DNA of 64,000 nucleotides, taken from Minisyncoccia bacterium. GTDB taxonomy: Bacteria > Patescibacteriota > Minisyncoccia > Phycocordibacterales > Phycocordibacteraceae. The notes below the pieces were generated by a model. It saw nothing but the letters and a program-made list of their open reading frames with translations. It made no database searches and was not told the origin of the DNA. Location of the stretch: positions 76,173 to 140,172 of the forward strand of contig JBEKII010000002.1 of NCBI GenBank assembly GCA_050011835.1, written 5' to 3'. Positions 41,754-51,514 of the stretch are shown here, one piece after another (position 1 is the first letter of the stretch; each line of letters opens with the position of its first letter). The translations under genes were made by a program, and so were the position numbers.

Positions 41754-41825
41754 CACGATGCCTACATTTTTAGAGTAGTGCAATATAGCACACAATAGAG
41801 TTAGATTCGTGATAAAATAAATTGT

Positions 41826-42740
41826 ATGACGTGGTTTTTTATTGCGCTGGCAGGATCACTTCTGGTTGCGTTTTCAAACCATATTGATAAATATCTAATT
41901 TCGAAGTATCTGCAGGGTGGGCAGGTCGGTTCACTCATTATATTTTCCGCGATATTTTCTACCGTTGCCCTGCCAATCTTAGTACTCATTCATCCGGCAA
42001 TTTTTAACATCACTCCGTTGCAGGGAATTGCGCTGATGATCAATGGCATGCTAGTGGTTCTGGCTGTTCTTTGTTATTTTTATGCGCTTCATAAAGATGA
42101 AGCGACTTTTGTCGTTCCTTTTTATCAAACGATACCAATTTTTGCGTTTATTCTCGGCTATTTCATTCTTGGAGAAACCATCTCTAAGATTCAAATATTT
42201 GGATCTTTTATTATTATTGCCGGGGGACTCATTTTATCTTTCGAGTTGCTTGAGAGAAAAAAAATAAAATTTAAAAAAGAAGTAGTGTTGCTGATGCTCA
42301 CCGCATCCATTTTTTACGCGATAAATGGCGTGATATTTAAATTGATCGCTATAAACGAGGGATTTTGGCCGTCTATATTCTGGGGTCTTGCTGGACATCT
42401 TGTGATTGGAATCTGGTTTTTAACTTTCATTCCAAAGTATCGTAGGCAGTTTTTCGAAATGTTGAGGGAAAATAAGGCCGCGGTCATTAGTCTGAACTCG
42501 TTTAGCGAAATGCTTTTTATTGTATCAGAGGCTTTAACTGCATATGCAACCCTCCTTGCGCCAGTTGCGCTGGTTCTTCTGGTGAATGCATTCCAGCCCG
42601 TTTTTGTCTTTATAATTGGTATTATCTTAGCCATATTTTTGCCACATATTAGTCAAGAATCAATTGAACGAAGAGTCCTGATTCAAAAAATTGCTGGGAT
42701 ATGCCTTGTCCTCATCGGTTCATATTTTATTGGAGTGTAA
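41826..42740 (+). CDS. EamA/DMT-family transporter
   Basis: About 10 TM helices, two-repeat organisation, ILGETIS. Confidence 0.85.
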   Translation: MTWFFIALAGSLLVAFSNHIDKYLISKYLQGGQVGSLIIFSAIFSTVALPILVLIHPAIFNITPLQGIALMINGMLVVLAVLCYFYALHKDEATFVVPFYQTIPIFAFILGYFILGETISKIQIFGSFIIIAGGLILSFELLERKKIKFKKEVVLLMLTASIFYAINGVIFKLIAINEGFWPSIFWGLAGHLVIGIWFLTFIPKYRRQFFEMLRENKAAVISLNSFSEMLFIVSEALTAYATLLAPVALVLLVNAFQPVFVFIIGIILAIFLPHISQESIERRVLIQKIAGICLVLIGSYFIGV

Positions 42741-42803
42741 TGAGGGAAAAATCTTGTCGTCGTTTTATATGGATGGTATACTTAGAATGTAGAATGAAGT
42801 AAC

Positions 42804-43193
42804 ATGTCAAAAATAGACCCATTCGGATATCTCTTAACACTCGATCTTTACGAATGTAAAAAGGGCGCATGCGATGACCTATCACTATGCTCTAAATTTT
42901 TAGAGGATATCGTTGTCCAACTTAAGATGGATAAACAATCGCCCCCATTCATCTTCCGAAGTGATACGATTGCGTATCCTAACAAAGCGGGACTCTCCGG
43001 ATGGATCCCTCTTATTCAAAGCGGTGTCCAGATTCATACGTTGACGCCAAAGAATTTCATTTCAATTGATATTTACTCATGTGGAAAGTTTTCAGCGGAT
43101 AATATCGAAGAGTACGTCCGAAATTATTTTGGATGCAAGGAAGTCGAGGTCCACTTTATTGAGAGGGGCGTAAAATATAATAGTATACGTTAA
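42804..43193 (+). CDS. Pyruvoyl-type S-adenosylmethionine decarboxylase-like protein (divergent)
   Basis: G..L.LDLYEC, GLSG..PLIQSGVQIHT, IDIYSCG; the usual ESH cleavage motif reads QSG. Confidence 0.75.
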   Translation: MSKIDPFGYLLTLDLYECKKGACDDLSLCSKFLEDIVVQLKMDKQSPPFIFRSDTIAYPNKAGLSGWIPLIQSGVQIHTLTPKNFISIDIYSCGKFSADNIEEYVRNYFGCKEVEVHFIERGVKYNSIR

Positions 43194-43330
43194 GAAGATG
43201 ATTGAATCCCTTGGTCGAAATTGACTACTGAATAGTTGCCCTTTATTATCGTTTCATAAAACGTCAATGTAACGGAAACAACACCCAATAAGACAACGAA
43301 TATGAATAAGAATTTCCCGAGTTTCCTCAT
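43190..43330 (-). CDS. 46-aa single-TM microprotein (below the ORF-track cut-off)
   Basis: MRKLGKFLFIFVVLLGVVSVTLTFYETIIKGNYSVVNFDQGIQSSS*; exactly fills the intergenic gap. Confidence 0.55.
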   Translation of the reverse strand: MRKLGKFLFIFVVLLGVVSVTLTFYETIIKGNYSVVNFDQGIQSSS

Positions 43331-43345
43331 ACGCTAAATTATACC

Positions 43346-44665
43346 ATGAGAATATTACTTATATCATCAAGTAATAGCATTGCTGCCCACTTAGCGTATC
43401 TGCTGAAGCAAGAAGGCAATGAGGTAAGGCTTTTTATAGATGATATCGATCGTAAAGAAAATTTTGAAAATATGGTTGAAAAAACCGACAATTGGCAGAA
43501 AGAGCTGAAATGGATCGGAAGAGGAGGGAATGGTCTTATAGTTTTTGACGATATCGGTTATGGAAAGATTCAAGATGAGCTTAGAAAAGAGGGGTTTTCA
43601 GTATTCGGGGGTTCAGAGTTAGCAGATAAGCTGGAGGATGACCGACAGTATGCCCAGGAGATTTTTACTAAGGAGGGTATAAAAACGGTAACAACGAAAA
43701 ATTTTAATGATATTCAAAGTGCTATCGATTTTGTCAAGAAGTATAAAGGGGCATGGGTGATTAAACAGAACGGCCACGACTCAAAAGGTCTCAATTATGT
43801 AGGCTTCTTTGATGACGGACATGATTTGGTAAATGTTTTGGAGAATTATCAAACAAACTTGAATCTGAAAGGAGAAGCGCGAATCATTACTCTTCAGCAG
43901 AAAATCAAAGGAGTTGAAATAGCTGTAGCAAGATATTTTAATGGTATTGACTGGGTTGGTCCGATCGAGCTCAACATCGAGCATAAAAAATTCTTTCCTG
44001 GTGACATGGGTCCGGCAACGAGTGAGATGGGAACCCTCGGATGGTATATTGATAGAGAAAATAATAAATTATTCAATGAGACTCTTGGGAAACTCAAATC
44101 ACATCTCAAGAAAATCAATTATAAAGGAGCGATAGATTTAAATTGTATTGTGAATGAAACCGGAGCATATCCTCTTGAGGTAACACCACGTTTTGGATCA
44201 CCCATTGTTTATCTTCAGGCAGAATTGCATAAATCCCCATGGGGAGAGTTTTTAAAGGCCATTGCTGACGGGAAGTCGTATGATCTAAAATGGGAAAAAG
44301 GTTATGGAGTAGTTATTCTTGTTACGGCTCCGCCATTTCCATATGCAAAAAAGCTTCCCGATTTGTCTCCCAAAGGTTTGAATATTTATCTAGATCCTTC
44401 CCTGAAAGAAAGCGGTCTTAAACATATTCATTTTGAAGGAGTGGGCTTAAGAAAAGGGAGTGGCCCGAAACAATACTACATCTCTGATTATCAGGGCTAT
44501 GTTTTGTATGTGACAGCTGTAGATAATACAGTTGAAACCGCTCGTACCAAAGCATCACAAATCATTCGACATATCTATTTCCCAAAAATGTTCTACCGCC
44601 ACGATATCGGGATCAGTTTTATAGAAACAGAATACGACAAGCTTTGTCGATGGGGGTATATATGA
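43346..44665 (+). CDS. PurD-like ATP-grasp ligase (divergent)
   Basis: KLEDDRQY, EHKKFFPGDMGPATSEMG, LEVTPRFGSP, YRHDIG; lacks the GSGGREHA N-terminal motif of canonical PurD. Confidence 0.75.
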   Translation: MRILLISSSNSIAAHLAYLLKQEGNEVRLFIDDIDRKENFENMVEKTDNWQKELKWIGRGGNGLIVFDDIGYGKIQDELRKEGFSVFGGSELADKLEDDRQYAQEIFTKEGIKTVTTKNFNDIQSAIDFVKKYKGAWVIKQNGHDSKGLNYVGFFDDGHDLVNVLENYQTNLNLKGEARIITLQQKIKGVEIAVARYFNGIDWVGPIELNIEHKKFFPGDMGPATSEMGTLGWYIDRENNKLFNETLGKLKSHLKKINYKGAIDLNCIVNETGAYPLEVTPRFGSPIVYLQAELHKSPWGEFLKAIADGKSYDLKWEKGYGVVILVTAPPFPYAKKLPDLSPKGLNIYLDPSLKESGLKHIHFEGVGLRKGSGPKQYYISDYQGYVLYVTAVDNTVETARTKASQIIRHIYFPKMFYRHDIGISFIETEYDKLCRWGYI

Positions 44666-44709
44666 GATGCGTGAAATTATAATCGGGTTTATAATGACAT
44701 CGATACCAC

Positions 44710-46332
44710 ATGAATCCAATTCTTTGCTCAGGAGAAACACCATATTTTCTAAAATTTTTTGATTTATCTACCGCTCCACCTCTTCTTTTTTACACGTATA
44801 TTCCAGCGATCACCGCATCTCTTTTCCTAGGTTTTTACGTTTATAAAAAAGCAAAAGGATCGCTGGAAAGCAAGTTGCTCCTTTTTATATCAATTTTCTT
44901 TTCGCTGTGGGTTCTAGATATTTTGGTTCTCTGGGTGGCTTCGTATAACAGTCTGCTTATGTTCGGCTGGCAGATAACGCCAATATTTGAAGTCCCTCTT
45001 TTTATTTTTACTGTTTATTTCACTTATGTGATGACCGATAAACAAAGGAAAGACATTAGTCCTACGCTTAAACTTATCTTCTTAAGCATTATGGGCATCG
45101 TCTTTTTAATTCTTCCAACGAAATTAAATATTCCTTTCTACAATCTAAACAATTGCGAGGGGGTTCCGGGTATCTATTGGAATTTTGAATATATTGCCGA
45201 GATGGTAGTGATAGTCTGGGTATTAGGTATCTGTATAAGTAGATTCCGCGCCCTAAAAAAAGGTGACGAGTTTAAGAAACAAATCATTTATTTCGGTATC
45301 GGAGTCGCGTCGTTTTTAGTTCTATTCGCCGGATCGAACATTGTCGGGCAGATGACTGACATACAGGTAATAAGTTTTTTAGGCTCGCTCGGCGTAGTTA
45401 TACTTCTTGCTTTCCTTTCTTATCTCATTGTTCGTTATAATGAATTTAAGATCAAAGTATTTGCTACTCAGGCCTTAGTTTTTGCAATCACATTACTTAT
45501 TGGATCACAGATATTCACGCCGAGCAGTACTACCGATCTGTTTGTTACCGCTATTACACTCATTGCATTCTTGGCAAGTGGATTCTTTCTTATAAAAAGT
45601 GTCAAAGGAGAAATTGAGCAGCGCGAACGCGTTGAGCAACTCGCAGAACAACTCTCTGAGTTTATGTCGCTCGCGACACATGAGATTCGCGGTCCCGCCA
45701 CGTTTATTAAAGGATTCACGGCGAGCGCGCTTGAGGGCGATATCGGCGAGCTCACGTCAGCGACTAAGGATGGCATGCAGAAAATTTTTGTTCGAGCCGA
45801 TGACATTATCCATCTTAGCAATCAGTATCTGGATAAATCAAAATTGGAATTGAACCAGTTGAAATATGAATTTGCGCCGACCGACCTCGGGGAAATGGTG
45901 GGAGATCTCGTGCGCGAGTTCCAGCCCGCCGCCGCCCAGCGAGGCATCATGGTTATGTCTGCTATAGACAAAAACCAATCCTACGGGGTGCAAGCCGATA
46001 GCGGGAAAATAAAAGAAGTTATCGGGAATCTCATTGATAACGCAGTCAAATACACGCCGAAAGGGTCCGTGACGATTTCTATTGCGAAAGACGAAAAAAC
46101 AGTAACAGTAAAAATCGCCGATACTGGCGTCGGCATATCGGCCGAGACCATCCCGCAACTTTTTAAGAAATTCTCTCGGGCCGATGCCGAAAAAGTAAAT
46201 CTACTTGGCTCCGGCCTCGGGCTCTATCTCGCCAAGATATTTATTGATGCCCATCATGGCCGCATCTGGGTTGAATCAGAAGGGAAGGATAAGGGCTCTA
46301 CATTCTTTGTCGAACTTCCTACTGGTTCATAA
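44710..46332 (+). CDS. Multi-TM sensor histidine kinase
   Basis: Polytopic N-terminus, THEIRGP H-box, NLIDNAVKYT, DTGVGI, GSGLGL. Confidence 0.93.
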   Translation: MNPILCSGETPYFLKFFDLSTAPPLLFYTYIPAITASLFLGFYVYKKAKGSLESKLLLFISIFFSLWVLDILVLWVASYNSLLMFGWQITPIFEVPLFIFTVYFTYVMTDKQRKDISPTLKLIFLSIMGIVFLILPTKLNIPFYNLNNCEGVPGIYWNFEYIAEMVVIVWVLGICISRFRALKKGDEFKKQIIYFGIGVASFLVLFAGSNIVGQMTDIQVISFLGSLGVVILLAFLSYLIVRYNEFKIKVFATQALVFAITLLIGSQIFTPSSTTDLFVTAITLIAFLASGFFLIKSVKGEIEQRERVEQLAEQLSEFMSLATHEIRGPATFIKGFTASALEGDIGELTSATKDGMQKIFVRADDIIHLSNQYLDKSKLELNQLKYEFAPTDLGEMVGDLVREFQPAAAQRGIMVMSAIDKNQSYGVQADSGKIKEVIGNLIDNAVKYTPKGSVTISIAKDEKTVTVKIADTGVGISAETIPQLFKKFSRADAEKVNLLGSGLGLYLAKIFIDAHHGRIWVESEGKDKGSTFFVELPTGS

Positions 46333-46493
46333 AACATGGAGATTTGCTAATCATCGGCGCGATGACGGTCTCCAATATCTCGGCCATTATCTCACTGACA
46401 TATTGACAGATAGCATGTTTCTGTAGTAGGATTTCTTTAGAATATTGATCTTGAAATGGCACTTATGCCTAAAATAAGAGAAAGGAGTTAATC

Positions 46494-47123
46494 ATGAGTA
46501 ACATTGTTTGGGTAGTTCTCGCATTTTTCTTTGGCGCATTCATTATGTGGGGAGTAATGCGGAACAAATTACGCGAGATGACAGCCGAGGCGGAATTTTA
46601 CAAGCATCTCCAGCATTTATGGGAAGTGGTCTCGAGGGAACAAGGAGATTACGCCAGTCCTTGTGTTGACGTGGGGCTTGCTTACATTAACAGTGTCTCG
46701 TCTAGGGGAAGGCGTGATTACATTAGAAAGGAGGTGTACAAGCTTCTCGATAAAAGTTATCATGGCTACCTCTATACGTTAGAAAAACAAGTGCACTGGT
46801 ATCTTTCATGGCACGGTATGGATGCTGAAAGGGATAAGTCAATCTGTCTCTTCTTTGTGAAAAATCACCGTTGGTTGAAATACGATGAAAAAGCCTGTGA
46901 TTGGTACGGTGCCACATCCTTTGAACCATCGAGGAAAGACAAGAGTTCAGGAAGAAATAAATTTCTGGTAGAAGAAAGGAACGCTTGCGAAAGGCGTTTA
47001 GCCGCGGAGAAGGCCGCGGAGGAAAAGAGATTTCTGAAATTTAGAGAGGAAGGACTTCAGGCGATTATCAGAGAACAAAAAATCAGAGGATTCTGGCGTG
47101 GCATGGCGGATGTTAGTGGATAA
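46494..47123 (+). CDS. Hypothetical single-TM protein
   Basis: AGGAG SD, N-terminal TM, downstream hairpin plus T-run at 47146-47198. Confidence 0.65.
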   Translation: MSNIVWVVLAFFFGAFIMWGVMRNKLREMTAEAEFYKHLQHLWEVVSREQGDYASPCVDVGLAYINSVSSRGRRDYIRKEVYKLLDKSYHGYLYTLEKQVHWYLSWHGMDAERDKSICLFFVKNHRWLKYDEKACDWYGATSFEPSRKDKSSGRNKFLVEERNACERRLAAEKAAEEKRFLKFREEGLQAIIREQKIRGFWRGMADVSG

Positions 47124-47233
47124 AGATTGCCAAGCCAAATTTCTCAACGGCGTGTGATTCTGGTTGCAATTTGCAATGCGGAATTCACGCCGTTTTTTGC
47201 TTCTGTTTTATTAAAATGCGATATACTGGAGCT

Positions 47234-48004
47234 ATGGAACAAAAATCAATTTCAGAACTCATGAATCTCTCGGGGAAGACCGCTATCGTGACCGGCGGCG
47301 CGATGGGAATCGGGTTTGCGATTTCGGCGCGGCTTGCGGAGGCGGGTGCGAACGTGCTCATTGCGGATAGAGATGCCGCGGCCGCCAAGGCGGCCGCGGC
47401 GAAGATTCCTCATTCAGTCGCATGTACCGTTGACGTTTCAGACGAGACGCAGGTTGATGCAATGGTTGCGAAAGCGGTAAGCGAGTTTGGCGGTATTGAT
47501 ATTCTCGTCAACAACGTCGGCATTTATCCGCAGAAGCCGGTGCTGGAAGAAACAACAGAAGAATTTGAAAAAGTCGTTCATGTTAATTTATTGGGTGCAT
47601 ATCTTTCTGCAAAAGCCACGGCGAAACAGATGATTGCACAAGGAAGGGGTGGCTCAATTATTAACATTACTTCCATTGACGCGCTCCATCCATCATCAGT
47701 CGGTCTCGCGTTTTATGACGCGAGCAAGCACGGTCTCTGGGGCTTCACTAAAAATCTCGCGTTGGAACTCGCTCCGCACAACATCTCCGTGAACGCCATC
47801 GCGCCGGGCGGAGTCGCAACGCCGGGGACGAATTTCGGCAAGATGCCCGACGAATTCTCGAAAGCATTCCTCGCCAAGATCCCGATGCATCGCATGGCGG
47901 AAGCCGACGAAATCGGCAAGGTCGCGCTCTTCCTCGCCTCCGGTCTCTCTTCTTATATGACCGGTTCGCAAATCGTCGTAGATGGCGGTACCTTGCTTGC
48001 CTAA
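47234..48004 (+). CDS. Short-chain dehydrogenase/reductase
   Basis: TGGAMGIG, NNVG, YDASK, VDGG. Confidence 0.93.
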   Translation: MEQKSISELMNLSGKTAIVTGGAMGIGFAISARLAEAGANVLIADRDAAAAKAAAAKIPHSVACTVDVSDETQVDAMVAKAVSEFGGIDILVNNVGIYPQKPVLEETTEEFEKVVHVNLLGAYLSAKATAKQMIAQGRGGSIINITSIDALHPSSVGLAFYDASKHGLWGFTKNLALELAPHNISVNAIAPGGVATPGTNFGKMPDEFSKAFLAKIPMHRMAEADEIGKVALFLASGLSSYMTGSQIVVDGGTLLA

Positions 48005-48055
48005 TAATTTCTTTATTGTATATTAAACGCACCAGCCCTGCGGCTATTTTTATTT

Positions 48056-49852
48056 ATGGAAATCAGGAATATCGCCATCATCGCGCATGTTGACCACGGG
48101 AAGACGGCTCTTACCGATGCTATTTTGAAACAAACGGGCGCGGTGGCTGAGGGTGTGTCCATGGACAGCGACGCACTTGAACTGGAGCGCGGCATTACCA
48201 TTTATTCCAAGAATGCAGCAGTTGAATATAAAGGCACAAAAATAAATATCGTGGACACACCCGGACACGCGGATTTTGGCAGTGAAGTGGAGCGCGTATT
48301 GCGTTCCATTGATTCGGTGCTCCTTGTCGTTGACGCGCAGGAAGGGCCGATGCCGCAGACCCGCTTCGTACTGAAAAAGTCCCTGGAGCTTGGCCTCCGG
48401 CCGATTGTCGTTATTAATAAGATTGATAAGCCGGCGGCTGATCCGGCGAGGACAGAAGAACAGGTCTTTGAGCTTTTTCTTGAACTTGGCGCTACGAATG
48501 AGCAGTCCAATTTTCCCGCCATCTATTCAATTGGGCGCGAAGGCATTGCGCTTAAGAATCTCAATGATGAGCGCAAAGATCTCACGCCGCTTCTGGATAC
48601 GATTCTTGAGAAGGTTCCAGCGGCGAATAGTGCTGCGTCCGCCAACGCACCCCTTATGCTGCAGCCGTTCAATCTCGCCTATGACAACTTTATGGGGCGA
48701 CTCGCGATTGGCCGTATTTATTCAGGAACTGTTTGCCCGAACCAGAATGTTTTTATAAAAAAATCAAACGGGGAAACGCGCGCCGGTCGCGTTACTAAAG
48801 TGTTCACCTTTAAAGGACTTGAGCGCATTGAGACGGCCGAAGCATCAGCAGGAGACATCGTTCTTATTGCGGGCCTCCCCGACATCTATATCGGCGAGAC
48901 GGTAACGACCGATGAAACCGCCGCGCCCTTACCGGCAATCGCGGTGGATGAACCGACCATCGCGCTTAATTTTCTCGTCAATAATTCTCCATTCGCCGGG
49001 CGAGAAGGAAAATATGTAACCGGCCGTCAAATTCGTGAGCGGCTTGAAAAAGAGTTGGAAGTCAATGTCGGTCTTAAGGTTGATTTTTCAGATGCGGATT
49101 CTTTTCACGTATCTGGTCGTGGAGAATTGCATATCGCGATTCTTCTTGAAAACATGCGCCGCGAGGGCTACGAGCTCCAGGTCTCGCAACCACAGGTCAT
49201 TTTCCATCGGGAAAATAATGGTGAGCGAAGTGAACCATTTGAAGAAGTCGTTATTGATGTGCCGTCTGAGTTTCAGGGGGTTGTCATCGAGAAGCTTGGG
49301 GCGCGCGGGTTCGTGCTTCAGAATTTTGCGCATCCGCCAACGGGCGGAAATAATGCACGTCTCACGCTTCTTGGCCCGACGCGTGGTCTGCTCGGGTATA
49401 AGAATATATTTATCATTGACACACACGGCGAGGGAATTCTCTCCTCGCGCGTCGTCGGTTTCAAGCCCTATGCGGGCGAGATTAAAAAACGGCACGTCGG
49501 TTCAATGATTTCTATGGCGGCAGGTAAGGCGCTTGGCTACTCGCTCTGGGGTCTCCAGGAGCGCGGTCAGCTCTACATCAAACCGGCGGACGAGGTCTAC
49601 GAAGGCATGGTTATCGGTAATACTGCGAAGGGCGAAGAGATGCTGGTAAATCCAACGAAAGGGAAGAATCAATCCAATGTTCGTTCTATCAGCAAGGATG
49701 AAGCTATTGTGCTCGTGCCGCCATTTGAACTCACCATTGAACGTGGATTGGAAATAATGGCGGACGACGAGTATCTTGAGATTACGCCGAAGAGCGTCCG
49801 CCTGCGTAAGCAATTCTTGACCCAAAATGACCGTACGAAATCGCGTCGCTAA
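48056..49852 (+). CDS. typA: Translational GTPase TypA/BipA
   Basis: AHVDHGKT, DTPGHADF, NKID, GRGELH, EITPKSVRLRK. Confidence 0.97.
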   Translation: MEIRNIAIIAHVDHGKTALTDAILKQTGAVAEGVSMDSDALELERGITIYSKNAAVEYKGTKINIVDTPGHADFGSEVERVLRSIDSVLLVVDAQEGPMPQTRFVLKKSLELGLRPIVVINKIDKPAADPARTEEQVFELFLELGATNEQSNFPAIYSIGREGIALKNLNDERKDLTPLLDTILEKVPAANSAASANAPLMLQPFNLAYDNFMGRLAIGRIYSGTVCPNQNVFIKKSNGETRAGRVTKVFTFKGLERIETAEASAGDIVLIAGLPDIYIGETVTTDETAAPLPAIAVDEPTIALNFLVNNSPFAGREGKYVTGRQIRERLEKELEVNVGLKVDFSDADSFHVSGRGELHIAILLENMRREGYELQVSQPQVIFHRENNGERSEPFEEVVIDVPSEFQGVVIEKLGARGFVLQNFAHPPTGGNNARLTLLGPTRGLLGYKNIFIIDTHGEGILSSRVVGFKPYAGEIKKRHVGSMISMAAGKALGYSLWGLQERGQLYIKPADEVYEGMVIGNTAKGEEMLVNPTKGKNQSNVRSISKDEAIVLVPPFELTIERGLEIMADDEYLEITPKSVRLRKQFLTQNDRTKSRR

Positions 49853-50073
49853 TCTTTTTTCTCAATCGTCCGTTTGAGCTTTCTAAGTGCTTTTTCTGAT
49901 TCTTCATATTGCACGCGAGAAGTCACTTGGTTCATTTTTTCGTCCAGCTCTTCTATTCGGCCTTCCCTTGCGGCTTTTTCTCTTTCTTCTTTGGTCGCCT
50001 TGGCTTGTCCGTACATATAATCTTGTATATCGTGTTCTTTTTCACCCGGTTTTTCCTTTGGTGGTTTTTCCAT
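49849..50073 (-). CDS. Small charged hypothetical protein
   Basis: 74-aa E/K-rich ORF; TATAAT 6 nt before ATG. Confidence 0.6.
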   Translation of the reverse strand: MEKPPKEKPGEKEHDIQDYMYGQAKATKEEREKAAREGRIEELDEKMNQVTSRVQYEESEKALRKLKRTIEKKD

Positions 50074-50120
50074 CTCTCTATTATAACCGATAACTATAAT
50101 TATTATGACTTTTGTAAAAA

Positions 50121-50669
50121 CTAACGGCTTACAAACGAATTATTTTTTATATAAAAGCGCCACGGGAAATTCGTGCCGTTCTTAATGCCGACACGAGAAG
50201 AAATGCCGATATCTGATTTTGCAATTTCTGGCGCGTCATAGATTGTCAATCCATTTCCATTCGGACTGCCGTTTAATGCACCCGTGATGCCGAATGCTTC
50301 GCAAAATTTTGCCGGACCTGAACAAAGATTCCGCACATTTTGTGTTTTGCGGCGATGTTTCATCGTCCCGAGTCCTGCGAGGGGTTCAACAGCGCGGATA
50401 AGCACCGCGCCAATGCCGTTTTTATCGGTTGTTATATTCGCGCACCAATGCATGCCGTACGTGAAATAAATGTACCAATGGCCGTAGGTATCGCGCATAA
50501 TGGCGCTTCGAGGCGTGATTTTAAATGCGTGTGAAGCGGGGTCGGTGCCGTATGCCTCCGTCTCAACAATAATGCCCGCGCACGAACCTCTCCTCACGAT
50601 TTTCCCGAGCAGTTTTGGTGCAAGCTTAAGCGCGCTTCTCGTAAACCACGAGCGGGGAAGTGCCTTCAT
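50121..50669 (-). CDS. mpg: 3-methyladenine DNA glycosylase (AAG/MPG family)
   Basis: IVETEAY, YIYFTYGMHWCAN, AVLIRAVEP, GPAK, WRFY. Confidence 0.93.
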   Translation of the reverse strand: MKALPRSWFTRSALKLAPKLLGKIVRRGSCAGIIVETEAYGTDPASHAFKITPRSAIMRDTYGHWYIYFTYGMHWCANITTDKNGIGAVLIRAVEPLAGLGTMKHRRKTQNVRNLCSGPAKFCEAFGITGALNGSPNGNGLTIYDAPEIAKSDIGISSRVGIKNGTNFPWRFYIKNNSFVSR

Positions 50670-50767
50670 ATGGGTAATAAAAGCATAGAACAAAAAGAAA
50701 AAAATGAGAGCCGGCAGACCTCGGAAGATCGCCGGCTCTTAGAAAAGATCTATTGCTGTCGATGGTC

Positions 50768-51502
50768 TTACGGAAACTGGTGGGCTTTTATCTCCTCCTC
50801 CACCCGCTTCACCGTTTCTTTCGGCCACAATCCAAACTCACTGTAGACGAAGGTTATATCCAGTAAGTTATAGCATACGACGATTCGCTTGAATCCAGCG
50901 GCTTGGAGGCGTTTGATAGTTCCTTGCTGACGGTCAACGAATATCAATTGGGGCATATCTTTACTCGGGTAGCCGTCTTCTTCCAGATGTTCCGCTTGCT
51001 TGACCTTCGTGCCACCATCAGTCCCGATATTGTCCACTGTCCAGAAGGTGAACTTCTTTAAATCAGGTACTTCGCCGTTGACCCAGCGGTCGTTCGCACC
51101 ATGCTCCTTTTTTAGTTTCTCACGCATGACGCGGCATGCAATTAATGGAAAGCACGGATTTGATTCATGCAGCTCAATGCTGGCCATCGAAGCCGCAATG
51201 GCGAGAGCAGTTCCTGCCGTTGGCAAGCCAATTAGGTTTGGCTGATTGTCGGCACAAGTTATGTTCTCATCTACCGCATTGGCGATTTTCTGTCCCGCCA
51301 TCTTTAGAAGGACAGGACAATCGGTAAGGTCGCCCCGAAGGAAAACATAGATGTTTGATTCGATGCCTGACGTCAATGTGAATGGTTTTTCCCTATACAC
51401 AATGGAGCCAACTTCGTTTGCTTTTTTAAGAAGCAAGATATCGTGGGATGTATACACCACTCCAGATGGAACTTCCAATCTGTTGCGGGAATGCGGGAAC
51501 AT
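50768..51502 (-). CDS. pyrE: Orotate phosphoribosyltransferase-like protein (divergent)
   Basis: FTLTSG..S..Y, R.K.KKEHG, TVDNIGTDGGT PRPP loop, VDRQQG; follows pyrF. Confidence 0.7.
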   Translation of the reverse strand: MFPHSRNRLEVPSGVVYTSHDILLLKKANEVGSIVYREKPFTLTSGIESNIYVFLRGDLTDCPVLLKMAGQKIANAVDENITCADNQPNLIGLPTAGTALAIAASMASIELHESNPCFPLIACRVMREKLKKEHGANDRWVNGEVPDLKKFTFWTVDNIGTDGGTKVKQAEHLEEDGYPSKDMPQLIFVDRQQGTIKRLQAAGFKRIVVCYNLLDITFVYSEFGLWPKETVKRVEEEIKAHQFP

Positions 51503-51514
51503 TTTTACCTCCTC

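Noticed and set aside
43346-44665. Canonical purD and de novo purine synthesis
   Set aside because: N-terminal PurD signature absent and no other pur genes nearby, so no gene symbol was assigned
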